NCBI GenBank assembly: GCA_963847695.1
Contig: CAWKAX010000029.1
Span: forward strand, 2,150-66,149
Reading direction: 5' to 3'
DNA from: an uncultured Acidobacteriota bacterium
Lineage (GTDB): Bacteria > Acidobacteriota > Terriglobia > Acidiferrales > UBA7541
DNA: 64,000 nt
Shown: piece after piece, positions 19,220-29,072 of the stretch
Layout of the letters: each line of letters starts with the position of its first letter
How positions within the stretch are numbered: the stretch's first letter is position 1
The notes under the pieces: generated by a model
The model's input: the letters and a program-made list of their open reading frames with translations, nothing else
What the model was told of the DNA's origin: nothing
Databases searched by the model: none
Translations under genes and position numbers: made by a program

Positions 19220-19990
19220 ATGACCCGCCTGATCGACTTCCCATCCGTTCTGTTCATTCTTCTTTTCGTGGTGTACGCAATCGCGCTGGAAATTGGTTTT
19301 CGCATCGCGTCCAGCCGAAAAGAGACTGAAGATCCCGACCTGCACGAGCAGGCCGTCGGCGTTCGCGATGGTGTGATCGTGTTGCTCAGTTTGCTGCTGG
19401 GTTTCACGCTGGCGCTGGCGTTACCGCGATACGATCTGCGACGAAATCTGATTGTCGATGAAGCGAACGCGATCGGCACCACGCATTTGCGAGCGCAGTT
19501 GCTGCTAGAACCGGCTCGAAGCAAGACGCTCGAACTGCTAAGGGAATATGTCGATGCGCGCGTGAAATTCTCCGAGAATAACAGCGGAACTCCGGAAGTG
19601 GCGGAAGCGACCGAGCGGAGCCATGAGCTGCAAAAAGAGCTATGGGATCAGGCCAAGGACGTTTCGGCGGCGAGCCCGACGCCGATCACTTCGATCTACG
19701 TTACGGCACTGAATGACATGTTCGATCTGGAAGCCAAACGAGTAGCCGCGAGACGCGACCGGGTACCGGAATCCGTTTGGGTCATGTTGTTTTTGCTTTC
19801 GATTTTGGCCTGCTTGAGCTTTGGGTTCAGTTTGCGGCGGCGGTTTCTGCTCTCGATGGTAGTGGCGCCGTTGATGATTTCGATCGTAATGGCTTTGATC
19901 GCTGACCTCGATACGCCGGGCCGCGGATTTATTCGCGTGGACTTGGGCAGCTTACATTCGTTGCAGGCGGACATGCATTCGCAGCACTAG
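19220..19990 (+). CDS. DUF4239-like membrane protein
   Basis: Start MTRLIDFPSVLFILLFVVYAI. TM segments at the N-terminus and C-terminus flank a helical middle part, typical of DUF4239. Confidence 0.55.
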   Translation: MTRLIDFPSVLFILLFVVYAIALEIGFRIASSRKETEDPDLHEQAVGVRDGVIVLLSLLLGFTLALALPRYDLRRNLIVDEANAIGTTHLRAQLLLEPARSKTLELLREYVDARVKFSENNSGTPEVAEATERSHELQKELWDQAKDVSAASPTPITSIYVTALNDMFDLEAKRVAARRDRVPESVWVMLFLLSILACLSFGFSLRRRFLLSMVVAPLMISIVMALIADLDTPGRGFIRVDLGSLHSLQADMHSQH

Positions 19991-20012
19991 CAAAATGTGT
20001 CGCGCAAAAAAA

Positions 20013-20042
20013 AGAACGGCGGGCGCGATGCCCCGCCGTTCT
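20013..20042. terminator. bidirectional terminator between convergent genes
   Basis: AGAACGGCGGG (20013-20023) pairs with CCCGCCGTTCT (20032-20042). An A-run lies upstream and TTTT downstream. Confidence 0.7.
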
Positions 20043-20067
20043 TTTCCATCACGAAATACACTCGCGG

Positions 20068-21399
20068 CTAGTCGTAATACTCGGCGCCCAAATGGGTGAT
20101 CAGATCCTCGCCGACCATCCAGCGCAAAGTGTTCTTCAGCTTCATCAGCTGAATGAACAAATCATGCTCGGGGTAAAGTTCCTTGGCGCACATCGGTGAC
20201 TTGAAGTAAAAGCTCAGCCATTCCTGGATGCCACGCATGCCGGCGCGGCTGGCCAGATCGAAGAACAGCGCGAGGTCCAGCACGATCGGCGCTGCCAGGA
20301 TCGAATCGCGGCAGAGGAAATCGACTTTGATCTGCATCGGGTAGCCGAGCCAGCCGAAGATGTCGATGTTGTCCCAGCCTTCTTTGTTGTCGCCGCGCGG
20401 CGGGTAATAGTTGATGCGGACCTTGTGATAAATCTTGCCGTAAAGTTCGGGATACAGCTCGGGCTGCAGGATGTGTTCGACGGCGCCGAGTTTCGATTCT
20501 TCCTTGGTCTTGAATGAGCCGGGATCGTCGAGAACTTCGCCATCGCGATTGCCGAGAATGTTGGTGGAGAACCAACCACTCAAGCCCAACATGCGGGCTT
20601 TGAAGGCGGGAGCCAGCACGGTCTTGATCAGGGTTTGGCCGGTTTTGAAATCCTTGCCGCCGACCGGAACGTTTTTAGTTTTAGCGAAATCTTCCAGCGC
20701 CGGAATGTCGACGGTCAAGTTCGGAGCGCCGTTGGCGAAGGGCACGCCCTCGGCGATGGCCGCGTAGGCGTAAATCATCGAAGGCGCGATGGCCGGATGA
20801 TTTTCCTTCATTCCTTTCTCGAAGGATTCCAGAGTTTTGTGCACGGCTTCGGGTTTCAGAAAAACTTCGGTGGAAGCGCACCAGACCATCACCAGCCGGT
20901 CGCATTTATTTTTCTTTTTGAAATCGCGAATGTCCTGGCGCAGCTGTTCGGCGAGATCAAATTTATTTTTGCCTTTCTTGATGTGGGTGCCGTGCAGATT
21001 TTTTACGTAGGCCTGATCAAAAACGGCCTTCATCGGCTTGATGGTCTTCAGGAACTTCTCGGCCTTGGCCAGATCTTTCGCTTCCAACACGCCGGCTTTC
21101 ACCGCCGCTTGGTAGGCGTCGTCGGGATACACGTCCCAGCCGCCGAAGACCAGGTCTTCGAGCTTGGCGAGCTTAATGAAGTCTTTAATTTTTGGCGTGC
21201 GGCCGTCGGTACGTTTGCCGAGCCGGATGGTGCCCATCTGGGTCAGCGAACCGACCGGCACGGAATGACCTTGCCGCACCAGTTCCACACCCGCCATGAA
21301 GGTCGTGCTCACCGCGCCCATTCCGGGCGTCAGGATGCCGAGCTTTCCCTTCGGCGGAGCAACACTTGCAGGCCTGCGCATTCTTTTCCCCCAGTCCAA
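20068..21399 (-). CDS. myo-inositol-1-phosphate synthase
   Basis: 443-aa ORF with the GILTPGMGAVSTTFMAG NAD-binding start, plus SLTQMGTIRLGKR and WFSTNILGNRDGEVL motifs. An alternative ATG lies at 21381. Confidence 0.85.
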   Translation of the reverse strand: MDWGKRMRRPASVAPPKGKLGILTPGMGAVSTTFMAGVELVRQGHSVPVGSLTQMGTIRLGKRTDGRTPKIKDFIKLAKLEDLVFGGWDVYPDDAYQAAVKAGVLEAKDLAKAEKFLKTIKPMKAVFDQAYVKNLHGTHIKKGKNKFDLAEQLRQDIRDFKKKNKCDRLVMVWCASTEVFLKPEAVHKTLESFEKGMKENHPAIAPSMIYAYAAIAEGVPFANGAPNLTVDIPALEDFAKTKNVPVGGKDFKTGQTLIKTVLAPAFKARMLGLSGWFSTNILGNRDGEVLDDPGSFKTKEESKLGAVEHILQPELYPELYGKIYHKVRINYYPPRGDNKEGWDNIDIFGWLGYPMQIKVDFLCRDSILAAPIVLDLALFFDLASRAGMRGIQEWLSFYFKSPMCAKELYPEHDLFIQLMKLKNTLRWMVGEDLITHLGAEYYD

Positions 21400-21486
21400 T
21401 TGTTCAAAATTTTATGGCGCGCAATTCGTAAGACATGGGACCACACCGGCTCCCGCCAGTAAACCGCAGCGCATCGAACCGCGCGC

Positions 21487-21508
21487 TTAGCGCAGCGAAA
21501 TGCGCTAA
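21487..21508. promoter_or_regulatory. perfect 8-bp inverted repeat upstream of the inositol-1-phosphate synthase gene (operator candidate)
   Basis: TTAGCGCA-GCGAAA-TGCGCTAA, about 90-110 nt upstream of the candidate start codons on the minus strand. Confidence 0.3.
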
Positions 21509-21638
21509 TGCGAATCGAGCGCTCACTCAGTTGTTCGGTGATGGATGCCAGTGCGACAGTGCGCGTCAAAACACACAAGCAAAACAGCTTATTATTCTGC
21601 AATGGGAAACTTTTTGCAAATCGAATCAGGAAAAACAA

Positions 21639-21668
21639 AATCGCCCCAGAACATGCTCTGGGGCGATT
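21639..21668 (-). terminator. rho-independent terminator 3' of the DUF4097 gene
   Basis: AATCGCCCCAG / CTGGGGCGATT stem. On the minus strand it is followed by TTTTGTTTTT. Confidence 0.7.
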
Positions 21669-21696
21669 CTTAATCGTCGAGGTGCAAAAAGCCGGG

Positions 21697-22566
21697 TTAA
21701 ATCTTTTCCAGGCGAATCGACCCGTCTCCCGAAGTGACCGAGAGCGTGCCGCCGCCCGCGTTCAGCTTGCCGTGGACCGAGGAGCGGTTGAGCGAGCCGG
21801 AAACTTGAATGGGTATGTCGAGCGTGATGTTGCCGTCGCCGGTGTGGGCCTCGAGGTTCGCGTTGAAATCGGACGCCAGGCGCAGGGTGATGGAGCCGTC
21901 GCCGGAATGCACGTTCCACGAATTGGCGATTTTGGAGCCGCTGCCGGCCTGGGCGTCAATGCTGCCATCGCCGGTCTTCAGCGCGAGCGAATCGAAGCGG
22001 CCTTCGATTTTCATGCTGCCGTCGCCGGTGTAGGCGTCGAGCGAGCCGTCGAAGCCGTGGCCGTCGATGCGGCCATCGCCGGTATGCATGTGGATGTCGC
22101 CATGAATGTTAGTGGCGGTGACGTTGCCATCGCCGGACTGAAACTGCAGCTTGCCGGAAACGTTGCTGGCGGTCACGTTGCCGTCGCCGGTTTTTACGTC
22201 GAGATCGAGCTCGCGCGGCACGCGCAGGTCGATGCGCAGGTTATGGTGGCCGCCCCACATGTGCCAGCTCATGTGCGGAAATTTCAGCTCGATGGTGACT
22301 TGATCGCCGTTCTGGCTTTCGACCACTTGCAGGTCGTTGGGACCGATCTTGTAGCCATCGGCGGTGACCGTGGCGTCGATGGTGCGCTGGTCGCCGCCGG
22401 TCACGACCACGTCGCCGTCGCCGGTGGAGGCGGTCAGATTCGCGCGTCCGCTAATGGCGTAGGATTTTTTCCATTCATCGGCGCGGGCCGGCGAAGCGCC
22501 GAGGACTGCCGCGATTCCGGCCGCGACGAGCGCGGCGGTGAGGTATCTGGATATTGAAGTTCGCAT
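21697..22566 (-). CDS. DUF4097 (putative adhesin, beta-helix) family secreted protein
   Basis: The ATG at 22566 is preceded by GGAG. Signal peptide, then about ten repeats of the T/SGDG(N/S)(I/V)T motif. Confidence 0.75.
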   Translation of the reverse strand: MRTSISRYLTAALVAAGIAAVLGASPARADEWKKSYAISGRANLTASTGDGDVVVTGGDQRTIDATVTADGYKIGPNDLQVVESQNGDQVTIELKFPHMSWHMWGGHHNLRIDLRVPRELDLDVKTGDGNVTASNVSGKLQFQSGDGNVTATNIHGDIHMHTGDGRIDGHGFDGSLDAYTGDGSMKIEGRFDSLALKTGDGSIDAQAGSGSKIANSWNVHSGDGSITLRLASDFNANLEAHTGDGNITLDIPIQVSGSLNRSSVHGKLNAGGGTLSVTSGDGSIRLEKI

Positions 22567-22705
22567 TTTGGTTTGCTCCATCGTTATAGCTGTGGCGGCG
22601 GCCGCCTTGGCGGTCGGTTCGCCATTCTCACCCATAGATACGCGGACTTGGGTAAATATGTTCCCTAAACGCCCGGGGAGCTGCCCCAGGCTTCGTCGCG
22701 ACCTG

Positions 22706-24508
22706 CTAGGCGGACTTTTGCTTGGCGGCTTTGGGTGCCGGAGCAGGCTGGGTTGCGGCTCCGGGCCGCGCTCGCAATGCCGCGAGAAATTCGTTCAGGG
22801 GCAATGTGTTGATGACGTCTTTCTTCTCCAGCCAGCCGCGGCGGGCGGTGGTCACGCCGTATTTCATCTTCGGAAAATGCGCGGCGGAGTGCGCGTCGGT
22901 GGAAATTACTACTTTCACGCCGCGCTCCTTGGCCATGCGCAGATGAATATCTTTCAAGTCGAGGCGGTCGGGATAAGCGTTACATTCCACCGCGACTCCG
23001 TGCTTTTTGGCGGCGTCGAGAATATGCTCCATTTCGTATTCGAAGGCTTCGCGCTTGAGCAGCAGGCGGCCGGTCGGGTGCGCGAGGATGTGCACGTTCG
23101 GATTTTCGAGGGCGGCGAGCAGGCGCTCGGTCATTTCGGCGCGTTCCATCTGCATGTAGGAATGGACCGAAGCAACCACCACGTCTAACTGTGCCAGCGT
23201 CTCGTCGGCTAAGTCGAGCTTACCGTTCTTCAGGATGTCGACTTCGATTCCGGCCAGCAGGCGGATGCCTTTTACGCGGCTTTGCGCTTCGCGAATCTTG
23301 GCGAGTTGCTGCAGGGTGCGCTTGTCGTCCATGCCGTTGGCTACGGTGACGGCCTTGGAATGGTCGGTCAGCGCGATGTATTCGTAGCCGAGATCGCGGG
23401 CCGCTTCGCCCATTTCTTCGATGGAGTTGCGGCCGTCGGAGGCGGTGGTGTGCATCTGCAGGTCGCCGCGAATATCTTCGAGTTTGATCAGTGTGGGCAG
23501 AGTGTGATTCTCGGCGGCCTGAATTTCGCCGGTATTTTCGCGCAGCTCAGGTTCGATGTAATCGAGCTGCAGCTTGGCGTAGATATCGTGCTCGGTTTTT
23601 CCGGCGACGAAGCGTCCGGACTTCAGGGTGGTCAGCGCGTATTCGTTGAGAGTCCAACCCATATCGCGGGCGCGGCCGCGCAGAACCACGTTGTGTTCCT
23701 TCGAGCCGGTGAAATAGAGAAGCGCTGCGCCGAGGCTGTCTTTTTCCAGCAGACGCACGTCGACCTGCAAACCGTTGCCGAGCACGATGCTGACTTTGTT
23801 TTCGCCATGGGCCAGGGTCTGATCGATGCCGGGATATTTCAGGATGTGCTCGGCGACTTCGTCAACGTCGGACTGCTTGGAGCGTTTGGGCTTCATGGTG
23901 ACGATCAAATCGACGTCGCCAATGGTTTCTTTGCCGCGGCGCAGGGATCCCGCGGCAGTGACGAACTCCACGATGTCGCTTTTCTGGCCGATGTAGGCGA
24001 TCAGTTTATTGGCTTCGTTTTCGGCGACGTCGAGTTTGAAGCGCCCGGAAGCGCGTTTGGCTACCGCGGTGGCTTTCAGGATATTTTCTTCGCTCTTCTC
24101 GCCGAAGCCTTCCAGGTCGCGCAGTTTTCCCTCGCGAGCCATCTGTTCCAGGCCTTCGATGGTGCAAACCTTGAATTTCTTGTACAGGAACGCGACTTTC
24201 TTCGGACCCAGCGATTGCAGATTGAGCAGGTCGAGCAAGGTGATCGGGTATTTCTTCAAGAGCTTTTCGCGGAGGGCGTAATCGCCAGTCTGCAGAATTT
24301 CGACGATGTGCGCGGCCATGTTCTCGCCGATGCCGGGCAGCTCGCGCAGCTTCTTGGGATCCTTGGCTACATCCTCGATTCGTTCGTGAATGCTGAAAAG
24401 AAGCTCGGCTACTTTTTCGTAGCTGCGATAGCGGCCGATGATGGCGCCATCGATTTCAAGCAGTTGCGCGGTTTCGCGCAGGATGCGGGCAACTTCGCGG
24501 TTTTCCAT
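22706..24508 (-). CDS. polX: DNA polymerase X family protein with C-terminal PHP phosphoesterase domain
   Basis: The ATG at 24508 is preceded by GAGGAG. MENREVARILRETAQLLEIDG HhH start, GSLRRGKETIGDVDLIV pol-beta core, then PHP motifs (LQMHTTASDG, ALTDHS, SVHS, HPTGR, STDAH). It appears in the track only as the C-terminal part of a 957-aa ORF. Confidence 0.85.
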   Translation of the reverse strand: MENREVARILRETAQLLEIDGAIIGRYRSYEKVAELLFSIHERIEDVAKDPKKLRELPGIGENMAAHIVEILQTGDYALREKLLKKYPITLLDLLNLQSLGPKKVAFLYKKFKVCTIEGLEQMAREGKLRDLEGFGEKSEENILKATAVAKRASGRFKLDVAENEANKLIAYIGQKSDIVEFVTAAGSLRRGKETIGDVDLIVTMKPKRSKQSDVDEVAEHILKYPGIDQTLAHGENKVSIVLGNGLQVDVRLLEKDSLGAALLYFTGSKEHNVVLRGRARDMGWTLNEYALTTLKSGRFVAGKTEHDIYAKLQLDYIEPELRENTGEIQAAENHTLPTLIKLEDIRGDLQMHTTASDGRNSIEEMGEAARDLGYEYIALTDHSKAVTVANGMDDKRTLQQLAKIREAQSRVKGIRLLAGIEVDILKNGKLDLADETLAQLDVVVASVHSYMQMERAEMTERLLAALENPNVHILAHPTGRLLLKREAFEYEMEHILDAAKKHGVAVECNAYPDRLDLKDIHLRMAKERGVKVVISTDAHSAAHFPKMKYGVTTARRGWLEKKDVINTLPLNEFLAALRARPGAATQPAPAPKAAKQKSA

Positions 24509-24579
24509 GACTCCTCGCTGGTGCTGATTATAGATTGATTTGCGTGCCGGGCTGAAGGGCCGCGATGCGCCCGTATGGG

Positions 24580-25579
24580 CTAGGCCGTGGGTGGGAATTT
24601 CTTGGCGGCTTCGATGTCTTTCAGCACTTGTTCGCGGAGCGCGTCGAAATTGTGGAAATTTCTGTTCGTCGCGCAGGCGGGATTTGAAGCGGACTTCCAT
24701 CGGGCCGGAGGTCAGCGTGTCGGAGAAGCCGAAAAGGTTCGATTCGATCGAGAGCGACTGGCCGTCGAAGGTGGGGCGGACGCCGACGTTGGTCACCGAC
24801 TGGTAGGTTTTTCCACCGACGATCGATTCAGTGGCGTAGACGCCGTTGCCCGGGATTAGTTCCTGTGCAGTGGTTAAATTCAGCGTTGGCACAATCAATT
24901 CGCGTCCTTTGCCGGTGCCGGGTTTTATTTCGCCCGCCAAGGCGAAGGGCCGGCCCAGCATGTGCCAGGCGGTTTCCATTTGTCCGGCGCGGACCGCGGC
25001 GCGGATGGCGGAGCTGGAGACTATCGCATTGCCGTCGCCTACTGGAGCGATTACGTCAACCTCGAATCCGTATTTCTCGCCGAGTTGCTCGAGCATTTTG
25101 ACGTCGCCTTCCTGGCGGTGGCCGAAACGAAAATTTTCGCCGACCAGGACGGCTTTCGCGCCCATGGTGCCGACGAGAATTTGCTCGACGAACTCGCGGG
25201 CCGAGACCTTAGCTAGCTCCAACGAAAACGGAAGCACCAGCGCGGCTTCAATTCCAAACCGTGAAAAACCTTCCAGCCTTTGCGCCAGAGTTTCGATCTG
25301 CAAAGGAGCCGCATCGGGCCGCAGAATTTTGGTGGGGTGCGGGTCGAAGGTGAGCACGGCGGGCATCCAGTGTGATTGATGCGCGCGCTGCCTGACGTCT
25401 TCCAGAATTTTGCGATGGCCGGTGTGAACGCCGTCGAAATTCCCGACGGTCATCGCGGTAGGCGCGCTAGGATTTCCGAAACGCTGACGCCACTCGTCCA
25501 GCGAACGAGCTACGAGAATGGGTTTTCGCGGCTCTGGCGGAGCAGAGAACTCCACGCTTCCCAAGGGTTCATCCAGCAT
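24580..25579 (-). pseudogene. ribF: bifunctional riboflavin kinase / FMN adenylyltransferase; a C-terminal frame disruption fuses it in silico to polX
   Basis: GNFDGVHTGH, LTFDPHP and GENFRFG motifs. After ...RLRDEQKF (about 24650-24658) the conserved tail NFDALREQVLKDIEAAKKFPPTA plus a TAG (24580-24582) is in another frame. The TAATG overlap with the upstream MBL gene is at 25579. Confidence 0.8.
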
Positions 25580-26352
25580 TAAATGCTCACCTCGAATTTC
25601 AATCCATCGTAAGCGAGCTGGACGCCTTCCGGCAATTTAGCATTGGCGTCGATGTGTCCAAGATCGTGGCAGATGTGGGTGAACCAGGCGCGTTTGGGTT
25701 TGAGTTCGGCGACCAAGGCTAGCGACTGTTCTACGTTCGAGTGCATGGGATGCGGCCGATAGCGCAGCGCGTCGAGAATAAAATCGTCCAGGCCGGTCAG
25801 CAACTTTTTCGATTCGTGGGGCAAGGTGCTGAAGTCGGTGAGATAGGCCGCGGCACCGAAACGAAAACCCAAGACCGGTTGCTTGCCGTGATTTGCCGGC
25901 ACCGGGATGAATTCAAGGCCGAACAGCTCGAAGGGACCGGTGATGGTGTTCATCTCGACGCCGGGCACGGAGCTTTCGGTGGGCGTGTCGTCGAAGACGT
26001 AAGCGAATTGCTTTCGTAAGGTGTTTTGGGTGTCCGTCGAAGCGAATACCGGAATCTTGCCGCCCTGTTTCAGATTGAAGGGGCGGATATCGTCGAGTCC
26101 GAGAATGTGGTCGGCGTGGCCGTGGGTATAAATTACCGCGTCGAGGCGTTCGATTTTTTCGCGGATCGCTTGTGCGCGAAAATCCGGCGACGTGTCGATC
26201 ACCACGTTACGATCGTTGTAGGAGAGCAGCAGGGAAGGGCGCGTGCGCTGGTCGCGCGGATCGCTGGACCGGCAAACATCGCAGTGGCAGCCGAGCGTGG
26301 GGACGCCCATGGAAGTGCCGGAGCCGAGGACTGTGAGTTGGAGCTTGGGCAT
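25579..26352 (-). CDS. MBL-fold metallo-hydrolase (PhnP-like)
   Basis: 257 aa, with the HGHADH motif and the N-terminal LGSGTSMGVP..C.C..C zinc-ribbon insert. Confidence 0.8.
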   Translation of the reverse strand: MPKLQLTVLGSGTSMGVPTLGCHCDVCRSSDPRDQRTRPSLLLSYNDRNVVIDTSPDFRAQAIREKIERLDAVIYTHGHADHILGLDDIRPFNLKQGGKIPVFASTDTQNTLRKQFAYVFDDTPTESSVPGVEMNTITGPFELFGLEFIPVPANHGKQPVLGFRFGAAAYLTDFSTLPHESKKLLTGLDDFILDALRYRPHPMHSNVEQSLALVAELKPKRAWFTHICHDLGHIDANAKLPEGVQLAYDGLKFEVSI

Positions 26353-26406
26353 CTAACCGATGAATTGCAAGGCGCCCAGGCCGGATGGAGAGGCCCAGGC
26401 CAAGGA

Positions 26407-27036
26407 TTATTTTGCTTTGGCTTTCTTGGCCATTTGTTCGGCCGCAGCCTTGGAAATTTCCATGAAGGTCAGCTTCAGGCTGCCTAGAACTTCGATCAGC
26501 AGGTTGTCGTCTTCCTTGGACAAATTGCCGCGAGTCTTTTCGCGCAGCGCGTCGAGCATGTCGATGACTTCGCGCGCGCCTTCCAGATCCACGAAGGCCT
26601 GTCCGGTGCGCGGGTCAGCCATGCCGCCAAGCATGGCGGCGGCGTTGCGCGTAAGAAAATCGATCAGCATCTGAAAGCTGCGCGAACTGGCGCTAATTTC
26701 GCCGGTGGGAGCTTCTTGGGGGGCCAAATCGTCAGGTCCGTTGTGCGCGAGCTGCTGGGTGTCGAATCCATTTCCGCCTGGAGACGGAATTTCGAGCGCG
26801 CCCGGCGCGCCTGCGGCGCCAAAGGCCGAGGGTTGCGATCCGGTGAAGTTCGGAGTCTGAGCCGGCGCGGGGGCGGCATGCTGATTCGCCTTAGCCTGTG
26901 CAGCGGCTTTTTGGGCGGCGGCTTCGTCGTCGCGCCGCTCCTGCTCGACCACTTCAGGGCGAATTTCGCCGTTTTCGCTGAACAAGCGGCGGTCGATGAC
27001 TTTGAATGATGTGTCTTCGTGCTTGGGGTCTGCCAC
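26407..27036 (-). CDS. DUF1844 domain protein
   Basis: 209 aa. Low-complexity middle region. The C-terminal part, SFQMLIDFLTRNAAAMLGGMADPRTGQAFVDLEGAREVIDMLDALREKTRGNLSKEDDNLL, matches the DUF1844 pattern. Confidence 0.65.
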   Translation of the reverse strand: MADPKHEDTSFKVIDRRLFSENGEIRPEVVEQERRDDEAAAQKAAAQAKANQHAAPAPAQTPNFTGSQPSAFGAAGAPGALEIPSPGGNGFDTQQLAHNGPDDLAPQEAPTGEISASSRSFQMLIDFLTRNAAAMLGGMADPRTGQAFVDLEGAREVIDMLDALREKTRGNLSKEDDNLLIEVLGSLKLTFMEISKAAAEQMAKKAKAK

Positions 27037-27210
27037 GGTAGGTATCCTTCGCTACGGCGAATCGCGTGTGATGCGCGTTCTGAGATTAGTCACCAGTTTA
27101 ACATCCGGTCTGGATGGTCACAAGCGACGGTGCGATCCGCGAGGGCGGTGGGAGCGCTTGTAAGAGCCAAGGCGTGCCTGTAAATTGGGTGTAGGAGCGA
27201 AGCTCGCCGA

Positions 27211-28245
27211 GTGTCCAAGACTAAAAAACGACAGAAGACGAAGAGGGTCGCTGGCCGCCGCCCAGCGGCGAAATCCACAACGAAGCAGCCGCTCAAGGCT
27301 GCCATCCGGATCACGGCGCGCGACCGCCGGGCCGGAAAATGGTTCGAAAAGCTGGTCGCGCTGCAGGCGCGACTGCGCGGACCAGGCGGCTGCCCCTGGG
27401 ATCGCGAGCAAACGCATGCGTCCTTGCGCAAATTCCTGATCGAAGAAACCTACGAAGTGCTCGACGCGATGGAATCGGGCGACGTGAAGCATTTTTCGTC
27501 GGAGCTGGGCGATTTGCTGCTGCAGGTGATTTTTCACTCGATCCTGGCGGAAGAGACTGGCGCATTCACGATTTCCGATGTGATTGAATCGGTGCATACC
27601 AAAATGATCCGGCGCCACCCGCACGTTTTCGGCAACGCCAAAGCCCGGAATTCGAAAGACGTGCTGAAGAACTGGGAACAGATTAAGTCTCAGGAACGCG
27701 CGGAAAAGCAGGCGGAGTCCGGTGCGAAAGGCGTTGCCGGTTTGCCGGCGGTGGAAGCCGGCTCGCTACTGAGCGACGTTCCCAAGTCGCTGCCCGCGGC
27801 GCTGGAAACTTATCAACTGACGCGGCGCGCCGCGCGCGTCGGTTTCGACTGGGATAATTTGAGGGGGATTTTCGAGAAGATCGACGAGGAAAAGGCGGAG
27901 ATCGTCGAATCCTTGGACCATCTGGCGAAGATCGCGGCGGAGACGAAGAGCCAGGTCGATCCAAACACGAAGCCCGCGCCTCCGGACCTCGCGCATCTGG
28001 AAGAAGAAGTCGGCGACCTGCTTTTCGCGGCGGTTAACGTGGCGCGTTTCGTCGGTACCGATCCTGAAATTGCGCTGAAGCACGCCAATCGCAAATTCCA
28101 GCGCCGCTTTCAGTGGATGGAGCGCGCGGCCCAAGTGGAAGGCAAGACCTTCGCCGAATTGCCGCGCGAACGCATGGAAGCGCTGTGGGACCTCTCCAAA
28201 CAATCGGAATCGGCGCGGTCGGCCAAGGCGTCCGCCGCCAAATGA
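27211..28245 (+). CDS. mazG: nucleoside triphosphate pyrophosphohydrolase MazG (tandem MazG domains) with a basic N-terminal extension
   Basis: LRGPGGCPWDREQTH, EETYEVLDA, ELGDLLLQV and RRHPHVF motifs. The second domain has EEVGDLLFA. The start is uncertain. Confidence 0.85.
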   Translation: MSKTKKRQKTKRVAGRRPAAKSTTKQPLKAAIRITARDRRAGKWFEKLVALQARLRGPGGCPWDREQTHASLRKFLIEETYEVLDAMESGDVKHFSSELGDLLLQVIFHSILAEETGAFTISDVIESVHTKMIRRHPHVFGNAKARNSKDVLKNWEQIKSQERAEKQAESGAKGVAGLPAVEAGSLLSDVPKSLPAALETYQLTRRAARVGFDWDNLRGIFEKIDEEKAEIVESLDHLAKIAAETKSQVDPNTKPAPPDLAHLEEEVGDLLFAAVNVARFVGTDPEIALKHANRKFQRRFQWMERAAQVEGKTFAELPRERMEALWDLSKQSESARSAKASAAK

Positions 28246-29057
28246 ATCGAACCCCGCAGCCTGCGCCGGGCAAATCCGGACCGATCGAAATTCGCCATTG
28301 CCACGGTCTCACTGAGTACGAGCGGTGTGTCGAGCTCGAGCGGATCGTCTTCGGCGATCAAATCACGGTGCCCTCGGCCATTTTTATCGTCGCCGAACAC
28401 ACCGGCGGCCAGATTCTCGGCGCGTTTGACGGCGCGCGAATGATCGGATTTACGCTGGCGCTTTCCGGGCATCACGGCGAAAAGCCATTTTTGCATTCGC
28501 ACATGACCGGAGTTCTAGCGGAATATCGCGACCGGGGAATCGGGCGCCAACTAAAGGAATTTCAGCGCACGGACGCGCTGAAAAACGGCATCGCGCTGAT
28601 CGAATGGACCTTTGATCCGTTGGAATTCCGCAATGCGCATCTGAATTTCATGCGGCTCGGCGCCGTGGCGCGGCGCTTTCTGCCGAATTGCTACGGCGTT
28701 ACCAATAGCGAGCTGCACGGTGCCCTACCGACTGATCGGCTGATCGCTGAATGGTGGCTGGACTCGCCGCGGGTGCGAGGAATTTTTTCCGGTGGTGTCG
28801 CGCCGGCTCCGGACCCGGCGACCGCGCGCGTGATTTCAGTGCCCAAGGATTTCGCGCGGCAGAAAAACACAGGTCACGACTCAGCGGAGCGCACCCAGAC
28901 GCGCGCGCGTCACGAATTCCGGGAGCTTTTTCACCAGGGCTACGTCGCCACCGCGATGCACGACCACGGGGACGCGATGGAATACATCTTGCAGCCGGCC
29001 GCTTCCATCGCGGGGTTGCGTCTGCCAGAATATCGCCCGGAAGAATTCGAGGACTGA
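28242..29057 (+). CDS. GNAT family acyltransferase
   Basis: ATGA overlap with the mazG stop. HMTGVLAEYRDRGIGRQLKEFQR matches the acyl-CoA binding motif A. 271 aa. Confidence 0.7.
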   Translation: MNRTPQPAPGKSGPIEIRHCHGLTEYERCVELERIVFGDQITVPSAIFIVAEHTGGQILGAFDGARMIGFTLALSGHHGEKPFLHSHMTGVLAEYRDRGIGRQLKEFQRTDALKNGIALIEWTFDPLEFRNAHLNFMRLGAVARRFLPNCYGVTNSELHGALPTDRLIAEWWLDSPRVRGIFSGGVAPAPDPATARVISVPKDFARQKNTGHDSAERTQTRARHEFRELFHQGYVATAMHDHGDAMEYILQPAASIAGLRLPEYRPEEFED

Positions 29058-29072
29058 AGGTTCGCCCGCCCG

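Noticed and set aside
22706-25579. 957-aa RibF-PolX fusion protein
   Set aside because: The RibF C-terminal tail and its stop codon are intact in another frame, and PolX has its own RBS and ATG. The long ORF is created by a single frame disruption.
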